A stretch of DNA of 63,282 nt, the filler included, from Octopus bimaculoides (taxonomy: Eukaryota): the NCBI RefSeq assembly GCF_001194135.2. It is 6 parts of 6 records of this genome, joined end to end, with 100 filler letters (N's around TTAATTAATTAA, not from the genome) between each part and the next. Parts side by side here need not be neighbours in the genome. Positions count along the whole stretch, not along the records: positions 15,843 to 37,402 come from NC_068994.1; 5 more parts are not named here. One strand, written 5' to 3'. Each line of letters starts with the position of its first letter. Positions within the stretch are counted from its first letter, which is position 1. Made by a program: the position numbers and the translations under genes. The notes beneath the pieces were generated by a model, which ran no database searches, was not told where the DNA came from, and saw nothing but the letters and a program-made list of their open reading frames with translations. Positions 26,109-36,986 of the stretch are shown one piece after another.

Positions 26109-26134
26109 TGTGTTAAACCAAGTAGTAGGTGCAG

Positions 26135-26520
26135 GCATGGCAGGGTAATAAGAAATTTGCTTCCCAACCACTTGGTTTCATGTTCAATCCCACTGCATGA
26201 TACCTTCAGCAAGTGTCTTTTGCTTACTATAACCCCATGCTGATTAAAGCCTTGTGAGTGGATTTAATAGATGGAAACTGAAAGAAGCATGTTGTATATA
26301 TCTATGCATGTGTGTGTGTGTGTCTTTATGTTTGTGTGTGTTCCCTCCATCACAGCACTTGACAACCAGTGTTGGTTTGTTTACATCCCTGTGACTTGGT
26401 GGATCAGCAAAAGTTACCAATAGAATAAGTGCTGTGCTTTAAAAAAATATATTGGGGTTGATTCATTCAACTAAAATCATTCAAGGGGGAGCCCCAGCAA
26501 GGCCACATTCCCATGACAAG
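26135..26520 (+). mobile_element. SINE family A copy
   Basis: GCAGGCATGGC..GTAATAAGAAATTTGCTTCCCAACC..CCTTGTGAGTGGATTT..GGAAACTGAAAGAAGC. Confidence 0.75.
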
Positions 26521-26690
26521 CAAAAATAAGTCAATCTCTCAAGAATCCCATGGTGGATTTGAACTCAGAATGCAAATAACATGAATAAATACAGCAAAAC
26601 TCCAGTCAGATTCTTTGAGTAAACCTTTTAGTTTCAAAGATCCTTCAGAAGATCTTGAACTTCTCTTCCATCCAACAAAATAATAAATGA

Positions 26691-26829
26691 TTTATTTACA
26701 TTAGATGGATATTTGTCCTCATCTTGTTTATTGTTAACACAACATTTCGGCTGATACCCTCCAGCCTTCATCAGATACCTTGGGGAAATTTCGAACCTGG
26801 GTTCTCATTCCTAAGGTAGTTTTTTGATG

Positions 26830-26869
<40 letters not shown>

Positions 26870-27152
26870 CATTCAGGTGACTACCTGGAATCGAACTTGG
26901 AATCTTGGGGCATATGGCGTAGTGGTTAAGAGCACAGTCTACTAACCCCTAGATTCCGAGTTCAATTCCAGGCAGTGATCTGAATGATAAAAAAAAAAAA
27001 AAAAAAAAAACAACGACGAAGAAAAACACCTTAGTAATGAGAACCCAGGTTTGAAATTTCCTCAAGACACCTGATGAAGGCTGGAGAGTATATCAGCCGA
27101 AACGTGTTAACAACAAACAAGATGAGGACAAATATTCGTCAAATGTAAATAA
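26691..27152. mobile_element. Fold-back element: inverted arms of about 210 bp, each with a minimal hammerhead motif, around a tRNA-like head
   Basis: 26691-26910 is the reverse complement of 26946-27152, with a 35-nt spacer. A box TGGCGTAGTGG (26915-26925), B box GTTCAATTCC (26960-26969). CTGATGA at 27071-27077 (+) and 26774-26768 (-). Confidence 0.85.
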
Positions 27153-27869
27153 TGTAAATAATTCCTCATCTCTTGAATATAGAACTGAATATATGATTTG
27201 TTCCACTTCACAAAGTTTTTAGTGCTTACCGTTTACACACAGACCTTCACTAACATTCCTTGGAATCTATCAGTTCACTTTGGCATTGCAAAATTAAGAG
27301 TTCTTCTTGAATACACTGGGTTGTCAGTTAAATCCATTCATTCTTTTCTTTTTTTTTTTTTTTTGCATTTATTTTAATCCTTTTCAATGTTGTTTGAATT
27401 AACACAAAAAATATTTTTATCAGTCTTATATTCTTTTCTCTCTTCCAGCTCAATTCTTACTCTCTATTCTTTTTTTTTTTGCCATTTTTGAAATTTGAAT
27501 AAATTTTATTTCTTTTCAAACTTATGACAATGGAGTGCCAGATGAAAAAAAGAAAACAGAAAATAATTAAAAACAAATATATGGATTTATCTGACAACTG
27601 AATATAATCAAATGCCTGCAAGTAGTAAAACAGTAGTCATCAGCACATCAGGTAACATACTTTGCATCATTCGTTCTGACTTCTTGTGTTCTAAGATCAA
27701 ACTCCACCAAGGCCATTGGCACCTTCCATCTTTCTAAGGTTGAAAAGTAAAATGTGAGACTAAGGTAGTGGGCAGGTGTAATTGTCAGACTATCAGATGG
27801 GATGTGGTATTTATTGAGACCCTTTGTTATTTGAGTTCAAATCCTATAGTGCCCTGCTCCATAACTCCG

Positions 27870-28030
27870 TGATAGATTAATGACCACAACCTGGTCTTTA
27901 ATACACCATTGGGTGATAAATTAAGGACCACTTGGGTATTAGATTTAATCCACCACTCAATGACAGATTAAGGACCACACCTGGTCATTAACGCACCACT
28001 CAGTGATAGATAAAGGACCATCACCTGGTT
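27870..28030. repeat. Degenerate tandem repeat of about 43 bp, four units
   Basis: The GATAGATTAAGGACCACACCTGGTCATTAA..CACCACTCAGT-like unit recurs near 27871, 27915, 27962 and 28004. Confidence 0.7.
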
Positions 28031-28847
28031 CTTGTGTGCCAATCTACTGCAGACATTTGGGCTTGGTTTCCAGTGTGAGGAAACCTTCTTCCCTCCTACT
28101 TATTTCAAGAGTTCAGTAAAGGAACATGGGTTTTATCTTTCCCTCTTAATTAAGCAATAAAAAAATTAAGACCAATTAATTAGAAGTCCAATATCACTTA
28201 TATAGAGCATGAGATACACACACACACACACACACACATGTATACTCTGTGTGTGTGTGTGTGTGTATGTGTGTGTTTGTGTATGTGTGTGTGCACGTAT
28301 ATGTGTATGTCTTCCTTCCAGTCAATTCAACATGTGCAGCCATTAATTCAGGCATGTCTTTTTTCTCTTTTTTTCCTTTTTTCATTTGTTTTTTTTCCTC
28401 ATTCCTTTCTGTAGAAGAATGTAGGATCAAGATGTAAATGACTCTTTCATTTTTCATGAATATCAACCTTGTTTGTTGTTCCCTCCCCTTTGTCTCTGTG
28501 TTAAGTTTTCTTTTTGCTTTTTGTACAATTTTGAAACATATATATACATATACACACACATACATTTTGAGTAGAATTATATGTATCATTTCACTTCTAT
28601 TGAATATACAGCAATATTCCAGAACAAAAAAGAAAGGAAAATGTGATACATCTGGGATGTGATAGATGCAGGTATAACTGTCTGATTAAAAAACTCATTT
28701 TGCAGCCACATAATTTCATGTACAGTCCCGTTGCATTGCACCTTGAACAAAAGTGTCTTCTATTATAGCCCTAGATCAACCAATACCTTATGAGTGAATT
28801 TGATAGATGGAAACAGTGATGAAGCCTGTCATTATATACATACATGC

Positions 28848-28909
<62 letters not shown>

Positions 28910-28914
<5 letters not shown>

Positions 28915-30060
28915 AAAAGTGTAGGTGGCATACTTGAGAAATATGGAAGCTCTTTCTCCACCTATATCCAGAACAACTGGAAAAGATATCTCGATGACTG
29001 CTTCATCCTCTGGGATGAACGTGTAGAAAAACTTGAGGAATATAAAATACTACTAAATGGAATTAATGAAAGCATCCAATTCACGATAGAACATAACCAG
29101 GAAAAACTACCATTTCTAGATATCATCATTAAGAAAGTCGGCAACAAAATAGAGACAGATATCTATTATAAACTGATAGACTCAAAGCAGTACCTATCAT
29201 TTGATTCATGACACCTAAGACACACAAGAATAAATATCCCTTTCTGTTCAGCCAAAAGGATTTGCACCATAGTATCAGACACAAACACCCGACACACACG
29301 TCTCCAGGAACTCAGAACTACACTCATAAATAGGAATTATCCACAACCCCTAATAGACAATACAATCCAACGGGCACTTAAATTAAATATAGAAGATCTG
29401 AGACAACCAAAACCAAAAAGGGAAGAAAAATTTAAAATCCTACCCTACATCTCTACATACAACCCACTTAACAATGAGGCCTTCAACACTATACTCCAAA
29501 GCACAGCCCTACTCAAGGGAGACTCAAAGATGAACCGAATCTTCTAAATGTACACCATCATAAAAAGTAAACGGCAACCAAAATCCTTAAAGAAGATTTT
29601 AACCCAGGCTAAACTGCACCCAATAACAACCACAAAATCAACAGTTAAAAAGTGTGGGAAGCCCAACTGCAGGATCTGTGTCATCTTATTAGAAGGTTTG
29701 GAATACACATTAGAACAAGGCCATCATTTTACCATCAGAACAAACTTCACCTGTGCATTGGAAAACTTAATTTACGTGATAACATGTGCAGAGTGCAATA
29801 GGCAATATATTGGCCATACAGAAAACAGCCTACGAAAAAGGATGGCAGTACATAAATCCCAAATTAGGAATCATGAATACAGGAAAATATCTGTCAGCAG
29901 CCACATAGACAGGTGTACATCGAATAAAAATCCAAAATTTACAACTTTCCCACTTTACCAATTCAATAACAACGCAACTTTCACTCAACGCCGTAACAAA
30001 GAACTTCATTTCCTTAGAAAATTCGGACCAAGGTTAAACACCCTGGGCCAGGAACATTAA
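28910..30060 (+). mobile_element. Penelope-like element, 5'-truncated RT plus GIY-YIG endonuclease
   Basis: One reading frame with two stops (29209-29211 and 29545-29547): WKRYLDDCFILW, LPFLDI, then KCGKPNCRIC..NLIYVITCAECNRQYIGHT..LRKRMAVHKSQI..KELHFLRKF. Confidence 0.9.
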
Positions 30061-31639
30061 AACCATATATTGGTTATCCAAAAAGAAGAAAAGAATTCTA
30101 CAACTCCAACCACCACTACTACCACGATCACTACTACTACTACAAACAATGTTCTCTGCTACTGCTGCTATTACAGCCAACAGTCACTTCCATTACTACT
30201 ACTACTACTACTACTACTACTANNNNNNNNNNNNNNNNNNNNNNNNNNNNNNNNNNNNNNNNNNNNNNNNNNNNNNNNNNNNNNNNNNNNNNNNNNNNNN
30301 NNNNNNNNNNNNNNNNNNNNNNNNNNNNNNNNNNNNNNNNNNNNNNNNNNNNNNNNNNNNNNNNNNNNNNNNNNNNNNNNNNNNNNNNNNNNNNNNNNNN
30401 NNNNNNNNNNNNNNNNNNNNNNNNNNNNNNNNNNNNNNNNNNNNNNNNNNNNNNNNNNNNNNNNNNNNNNNNNNNNNNNNNNNNNNNNNNNNNNNNNNNN
30501 NNNNNNNNNNNNNNNNNNNNNNNNNNNNNNNNNNNNNNNNNNNNNNNNNNNNNNNNNNNNNNNNNNNNNNNNNNNNNNNNNNNNNNNNNNNNNNNNNNNN
30601 NNNNNNNNNNNNNNNNNNNNNNNNNNNNNNNNNNNNNNNNNNNNNNNNNNNNNNNNNNNNNNNNNNNNNNNNNNNNNNNNNNNNNNNNNNNNNNNNNNNN
30701 NNNNNNNNNNNNNNNNNNNNNNNNNNNNNNNNNNNNNNNNNNNNNNNNNNNNNNNNNNNNNNNNNNNNNNNNNNNNNNNNNNNNNNNNNNNNNNNNNNNN
30801 NNNNNNNNNNNNNNNNNNNNNNNNNNNNNNNNNNNNNNNNNNNNNTATATATATATAGTTTACTGTTCTCTTAAGGTAAGATCAACAAAAAAAAGTATGC
30901 CATCCAGTGAAAGATAAACATCATTCAATGTACACGGTATAAAGTTACAGGCTACTGACAGTTTCATGCATTGGAGATGCAAGGCTAGGCAGGATTTTAT
31001 AGCACAACTTGTGTCTCCAAGCAACCTTTGGGCTCTGAGTGCATGGTCTATTCAATTTACAAATTAGGACACTGGAAAAAGAGAAATCATGAGAAAAAAA
31101 CAAGAAGTTAGACGCTAAAAGTAGAAGGGTGTAAAAATGGAAAAAGAAAATTAGAGTTATGCCTTCTTTGACTGCAAAGTCATGATAAAGTTAGTTGTTA
31201 TAGACTGCTGATTCAATGGAGAGGGGTCCAAAGGTATGTGAGACAGCTGCTCAATCCAGAGAGGGTGATGTACTCCAGCTTGCTAACAGAAATTTGTTCA
31301 TATATTTGCTTTTGCTGAAAGATTGTGATCTGGAATGCAGCAGTGAGGTAGGATTCTTAGACCTAAAAAGAATGTGATTTTTCGGCTATGCATTGGTTGC
31401 ATTTCTTAGATCCATTAACACCACATACAATCAAGTGGAGAATCATAGAGAAATTCATGCCATATGTTTTATCAATACCACTCAAATATTTGAGACCAAA
31501 GTGGTTTCCCTTTGTTATGCTCTATTATAACTTACAAAAATCCCCTGGACCCAACTCAACAAAATATACACATTAGGCAAACATAGGAGATGTAAAAAGA
31601 TACCTGACTCTTCAAACTACATCAGGATTAATGCCTACA

Positions 31640-31845
31640 AATATTAGTTCAAAATTTTGGCATAGGCCAGCAATTTTAGGGGAGAGAGGATGCTGATTAC
31701 ATCAACTGGTACTTATTTTAAACCCCAAACAGATGAAAGGAATGCTGACCTCAGCAGAATTTGAACTCAGAATCTAGAGAGCTGGAAGAAATGCCACTAA
31801 GCATTTTGTCTGATGTACAAATGATTCTGCCAACTCCCCACCTTC
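31640..31845 (-). mobile_element. SINE family B copy
   Basis: Same unit as the other B copies. Confidence 0.7.
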
Positions 31846-32934
31846 AAATGATACCTGGCAAACCCTCTACATCTGTGTATTTTCCCACTGATAATGCCAA
31901 CCATGTCTGAAGGTTTGAATTTATGGCTAACACTTCATCACTTGGCCAATCAATGACACTTTCATAACAAAATTCTTTTTCATCAGGGAACACCTGAGAC
32001 TACATACAGCAGCAAAAACCACCACCACCACTGCAACAACAACTACAACCAACTAAAATGGGATATAATGATGAAATTATCATTGATTAGAGGAGGCAAT
32101 TAAACCAGACAGCTTGAACCAATATTTGCTAACATTAAGATGATAATTAGAAATAATAATGGGGTGAAGAAAAGACAATATTTAGTTAATGGCTAACATA
32201 CTTTTAATTATTCTGTTTGCCATAATATGTTTTTGAATGTTACACTCTACAAACTAAACTATGAAACACAACCAAAGACCTAATCAAAATATTTAATACA
32301 ATGAAACAATGTTATGACAAACCAGAAATTTATGCCTAAATATAGAAATAAGATCATATATAAAATATTGAATTTCTACTTAATCCCTGCTAAGAACACA
32401 ACAGCAAATATGTTTCAGTCTTATTAGAACTCTTCAATATAACAGACTTCACCATATTCACTGAAACATTGATGAAACAATGACTCAAAAGAATATTGCA
32501 TACTTGTTGGTGTAACATAATTTGCATATTTTAGAGAATAAATCATAATTTATTTAGAGAATAAATTAATCAGAGATTATTTAAATACAAATTAGCTATT
32601 GGAAATCTCTTGCAACATAAACATATATGAGTTTGGTTAATAGCAATAACAGACATGGTGTTACCTTGTGCCCAGTTAGTACAAGGGAGATAATCATATC
32701 TTCAGAATATTTGACAGGATTACACGTTTGAATTTCGAATTAAGGAACAAGGAAGAAAATGCATAGAAGATATGTGTTTAATTTATTTTTCTTACTTATA
32801 ATGTCTCAAAACTTTTTAGTCTTAGGTAATGATGTATTGCACCATTTCATTTATATTAGAAATCATCAGCATGACATAATCAGTAGTATATAAATTAAAC
32901 TAAACACTTCTTTTAGATGGAAAATAATAGCTAT

Positions 32935-33272
32935 ATAAGTAAAGTCAATCACCACATCAAAGTGGTTGTTCCATATTACTACCAGTTTAGGCCAGGCAAA
33001 TCTTCCACCATCCTCTAACAGATGACAGGAATGTGAGACTGGTGACCAGGTACTCACAACTGAGGATGTGCCAACCAACTCGAAATTGAGTCAGTTTCGC
33101 AATCCTGTTGTCTGCTAGAGGATGGTAGGGAATCACCCACCCAGCTAGCAATATATATTGTATATTAAGGGTGCAGCATTGCACCAATGACCAACTAGTG
33201 GAAGATTTGCCTAAAGTTACACTAATAGTAACATGGAACAGCTACCTTGATGTGTCGATTGACTTTACTTAT
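32935..33272. repeat. Inverted repeat with arms of about 75 bp and a spacer of about 190 bp
   Basis: ATAAGTAAAGTCAATCACCACATCAAAGTGGTTGTTCCATATTACTA..GGCAAATCTTCCAC (32935-33008) matches the reverse complement of 33198-33272. Confidence 0.8.
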
Positions 33273-33296
33273 TAGTATAGTTACTGCTATACTATT

Positions 33297-33680
33297 GGAG
33301 GTGCACTGGCCCAGTGGTTAGGTCAGTGGACTCGCGGTTGTAAGATCAAGGTTTCAATTCCCAGACCAGGCATTGTGAGTAGATATTGAGCGAAAACACC
33401 TAAAGCTCTACAATGCTCCGGCAAGGGGTGGTGGTGAAACCGGCTATATTCTTTCACCACAACTTTCTCTCACTCTTTCTTTCCATTTCTGTTGTACCTG
33501 TATTTGAAAGGACCAGCCTTGTCACACACTGTGTGACGCCGAATCTCCTCAAGAACTATGTTAAGAATACACGTGTCTGTGGAGTGCTCAGCCACTTTTA
33601 CGTTAATTTCATGAGCAGGCTGTTCCATTGATCAAATCAACTGGAACCCTCGTCATCGTAACCGATAGAGTGCCACGACG
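33297..33680 (+). mobile_element. SINE family C copy
   Basis: TGGCCCAGTGGTTAGG..GTTTCAATTCCCAGACC..TCAACTGGAACCCTCGTCATCGTAACCGATAGAGTGCC. Confidence 0.85.
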
Positions 33681-34229
33681 ACTATAATATCTCTTCTATA
33701 GAAGTAACTATAGTTACTACTATACTATTTATTATCTCTTCTTGAGATTTAACGACTAGCTATTTTACTTAAAAGCAATATAGTTGTGTGCATACACAGC
33801 CACACATGAGGATGTTACTGTAGTGCCATCACATTCAAAAGTAAGCTATTCAGAAAACTCTAACATACAGGGTCTCCTGGTGCAAATTATAATTGAAGGA
33901 ATGTGTATGCCTCTTTATTTTGTTAATTTATTATTTGTTTACTGATTTATATTTTATATTTTGTCTTTTACTTGCATCAGTCACCAGACTGCAGATATGT
34001 TGGGGCACTCTCTTGAAGAATTTTAACAAATCAACCCTAGCGCTTATGTTTTCAAGCTTAGTACTTAGAAAAACTGAAGGACTCCTGCAATAGTATTTGA
34101 ATGTTGGAGGGGAATATGTTGAAAGAAGGAAATATGTTCAATAAAATCATAATTAACTAATCCTCCTGTAAATTCTTTTACCCAAAGCCAGGAATTTTTC
34201 AGTCTCCACCTCATACATACATACATACA

Positions 34230-35275
34230 TGTGGTGTTATGGGCTGTGATGAGCTATGTGTTGTTGGTGGAGAGAGATCGCAGATGAAGCAAACGGAAGT
34301 GAAGACAGACCGGAAGGGCCAGACCGGAAGTCGGCCACAAGCAGTGGACAGCGAGCACGTGCGGTCAGTTCGAAGATAGATGGCGTACGTCTGTAATGCC
34401 TTCACAGCGTACCTCTCTTCCATCGACTGCCCTCACACTGCTTTCTCCACTCCACGTCTCTACCACTCCCGGAGTCATCAGGGGGATCAGTTAATTATGA
34501 CAGTGTTTCCGGTGTCAGGGCCCACACATGGTGCGAGACTGCAAGTTACCCAAGCCTGAGGTCATTTGCTACCATTGTCGAGAAACAGGACATATAGCCA
34601 GCGAATGTCTGCAGGGAAACGGTCTAAGAGAGACTACTGCACCAGTGGTCATCCCTTTGGATCAATAGAGGCACGTTTGTTGCTACCCGTTATCAACATT
34701 CTGGTGGAGGGGAAGATGTCGCAAGCCCTCGTGGACACAGGCTGTACGACGACCCTGATGACTCCGGGAGTGGTAGAGACGTGGAGGGGAGAAAGCAGTG
34801 AGGGCAGTCGATGGAAGAGAGGTACGCTGTGAAGGCATTACAGACGTGCAGATTGAGGTGCAGGGAACAAAGCTGACGCTGCAAGCAATTGTAGTTGGCC
34901 ACTTGGTGGATGAGATTGACATGGTGATGGGGATGGATGCAATCACCCGTTTAGGAGGTGTCACTGTCAGCGAGGCCAGTGTGACTTTCAGGGTCGCGGG
35001 GAAACCGTGTATGGCAACACCGTGCATTGGTGAGAACCGTGAAGAAAACTATGCCGCACACACCATTGAAGACCAGGATTTTCGTGCCGCCTTCGATGGC
35101 CAGAGGTGAACAGTGGAGTAGCACTGGAGGGGAGAACCCCTGATGTTGAAAAATAAAGTGGGCTGCTATCAGCATACTTTGAAAGAAGATGCCAGAAACG
35201 AGTTCAAGGGGGAGTTGAAGCTGTGGATTAAGGAGGGCATGTTGATCCCTTGGGAAAAAGTAAGAGAGTCAAAAG
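34230..35275 (+). mobile_element. Ty3/Gypsy LTR retrotransposon fragment (gag zinc knuckles, aspartic protease, start of pol)
   Basis: CFRCQGPHMVRDC and CYHCRETGHIASEC (34501-34610), ALVDTGCTTTL (about 34725), DMVMGMDAI, ELKLWIKEGMLIPW. Confidence 0.85.
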
Positions 35276-35333
35276 GAAGGGTAAAATCATAAATCTGAAA
35301 AAAGAAGCATGCTCTAAGTTATAGAACAGTATA

Positions 35334-35641
35334 TATTAAAGTTAGATAAGGTGGGTTTATGGGATTACCTTAAGGTTCACATCCATAAAGGGCTTAGCTT
35401 TATGGCGTATCATCAGATCCCAAAACCTGTTGGCTAAAGTCCTCTCAAACGAGTGGCCTCTCTAGAATATGGAGGGGGAAGGACCCCATTACTCAATGTC
35501 AACAAAGGGGATTGTCTTCCCTTGGTTATCACTCACCGATGTCAACAGGTTTTAGGATCTGATGATACGCCATAAAGTTTAGCCCTTTATGGACATGAAA
35601 CCTAAGGTAATCCCATAAACTGGCCTTATCTAACTTTAATA
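35334..35641. mobile_element. Fold-back element: inverted arms of about 100 bp, each with a type I hammerhead motif
   Basis: 35334-35433 is the reverse complement of 35541-35641. Plus-strand hammerhead at 35555-35613, minus-strand one at 35420-35362. Confidence 0.85.
35555..35613 (+). ncRNA. Putative type I hammerhead ribozyme motif
   Basis: GGAU-CUGAUGA-UACG-CCAUAAAG-UUUAGCC-CUUUAUGG-ACAU-GAAA-CCUAAGG-UA/AUCC. The core is intact, stem I is GGAU/AUCC, stem II has 8 perfect bp, and the predicted cut is after 35609. Activity untested. Confidence 0.65.
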
Positions 35642-36225
35642 TCATCATCATCATCGTTTTCCATATTAGCATGGGTTGGACGATTTGACTGAGGACTGGT
35701 GAACCAGAAGGCTACACCAGGCTCCAATCTGATCTGGCAGAGTTTCTACAGCTGGATGCCCTTNNNNNNNNNNCAGAAGGCTACACCAGGCTCCAATCTG
35801 ATCTGGCAGAGTTTCTACAGCTGGATGCCCTTCCTAACGCCAACCACTCCAAGAGTGTAGTGGGTGCTTGTACGTGCCACTGGCTCAAGGGCCAGTCAGG
35901 AGTCAGGCGGTACTGGCAACAGCCACACTCAAGTGGTGTTTTTTTATGTGCCACCTGCACAGGAGCCAGTCCAGTGGGGCTGGCAACGACTTCGCTCGAA
36001 TGTTTTTCACATGCCACCAGTAACGATCACGTTTGAATGGTGCTTTTTACGTGCCACCGGCACGGAAACCAGTCAGCTGCTCTGGCAGCGACCATGCTCA
36101 GATGGTGCTCTTAGCGCTCCACTGGCACAGGTACCAGTCATCGAATTTGCAAATTTGATTTCATTTCGATTTCACTTGCCTCAACACGTCTTCGCCAGCA
36201 GAGTTTTGTGTCCAATGAAGGAAAG
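35642..36225 (-). mobile_element. SINE-like family D copy
   Basis: Same body and internal repeats as 16545-17198. Confidence 0.75.
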
Positions 36226-36598
36226 GTACACATATATATATATATATATATGAGGTACACATGTATTTCGTCTACAGCAACACACCTGTTCCAGTCCCTC
36301 TTTCCTACTGTAGCGTCTCTAAACTTGGCACAAAGCTATTCCACTCAATATTACACCCTACTCTGTTGAGGGATCTTGTCTCACAAGTTACTTGGTGACA
36401 CCACAAATGCTGATGCTACGAAAAGAAAAAAATCACCTGGTACTTTCTGCAAATATGTTGGCATGAGAAAAGGCATCCAACTGTAGAAAATTTGCCAAAG
36501 CAGACACTAGAAACCAACACAGCCCTTATGCTTGTCAGATGCTGTTGAACCATGAAGCCGAAACATTAAATGATGTGGTATAGTGTACAGGCAGAGGC

Positions 36599-36986
36599 GG
36601 AGGAGCAATGGCCCAGTGGTTAGGGCAGCGGACTCGTGATCATAGAATCGCAGTTTCAATTCCAAGACCGGGCGTTATGAGTGTTTATTCAGCGAAAACA
36701 CCTAAAGCTCCACGAGGCTCCGGCAGCGGGCGGTAGCGAACCCTGCTGTACACTTTCACCACAACTTTCTCTCACTCTTACTTCCTGTTTCTGTTGTGCC
36801 TGTAATTCAAAGGGCCAGCCTTGTCCCACTCTGTGTCATGCTGAATATCCCCGAGAACTACGTTAAGGGTACACATGTCTGTGGAGTGCTCAGCCACTTG
36901 CACGTTAAGTTCACGAGCAGGCTGTTCCGTTGCTAGGATCAACTGGAACCCTCGTCGTCGTAAGCAACGGAGTGCCAACCAACCAT
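36599..36986 (+). mobile_element. SINE family C copy with a 10-bp target-site duplication
   Basis: Flanked by AGGCAGAGGC at 36589-36598 and 36987-36996. It is inserted at the head of an A-type SINE that continues to about 37380. Confidence 0.85.

Noticed and set aside
26907-26985. tRNA gene call for the A/B-box sequence
   Set aside because: There is no proper acceptor or anticodon stem, so it is treated as a SINE-type head. The same applies to the heads of families A, B and C.
29209-29211. In-frame TGA at a probable Cys position in the Penelope ORF (selenocysteine idea)
   Set aside because: A second in-frame stop (TAA at 29545) and the 5' truncation indicate ordinary decay, and no SECIS-like element was seen.
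34753-34790. CTGATGA followed by a short hairpin in the Gypsy region
   Set aside because: No GAAA or stem III follows, and the motif lies in protease coding sequence (TLMTPG).
35705-35832. Perfect 59-bp direct repeat either side of a 10-N gap
   Set aside because: This is the typical unmerged contig overlap, not a biological duplication.
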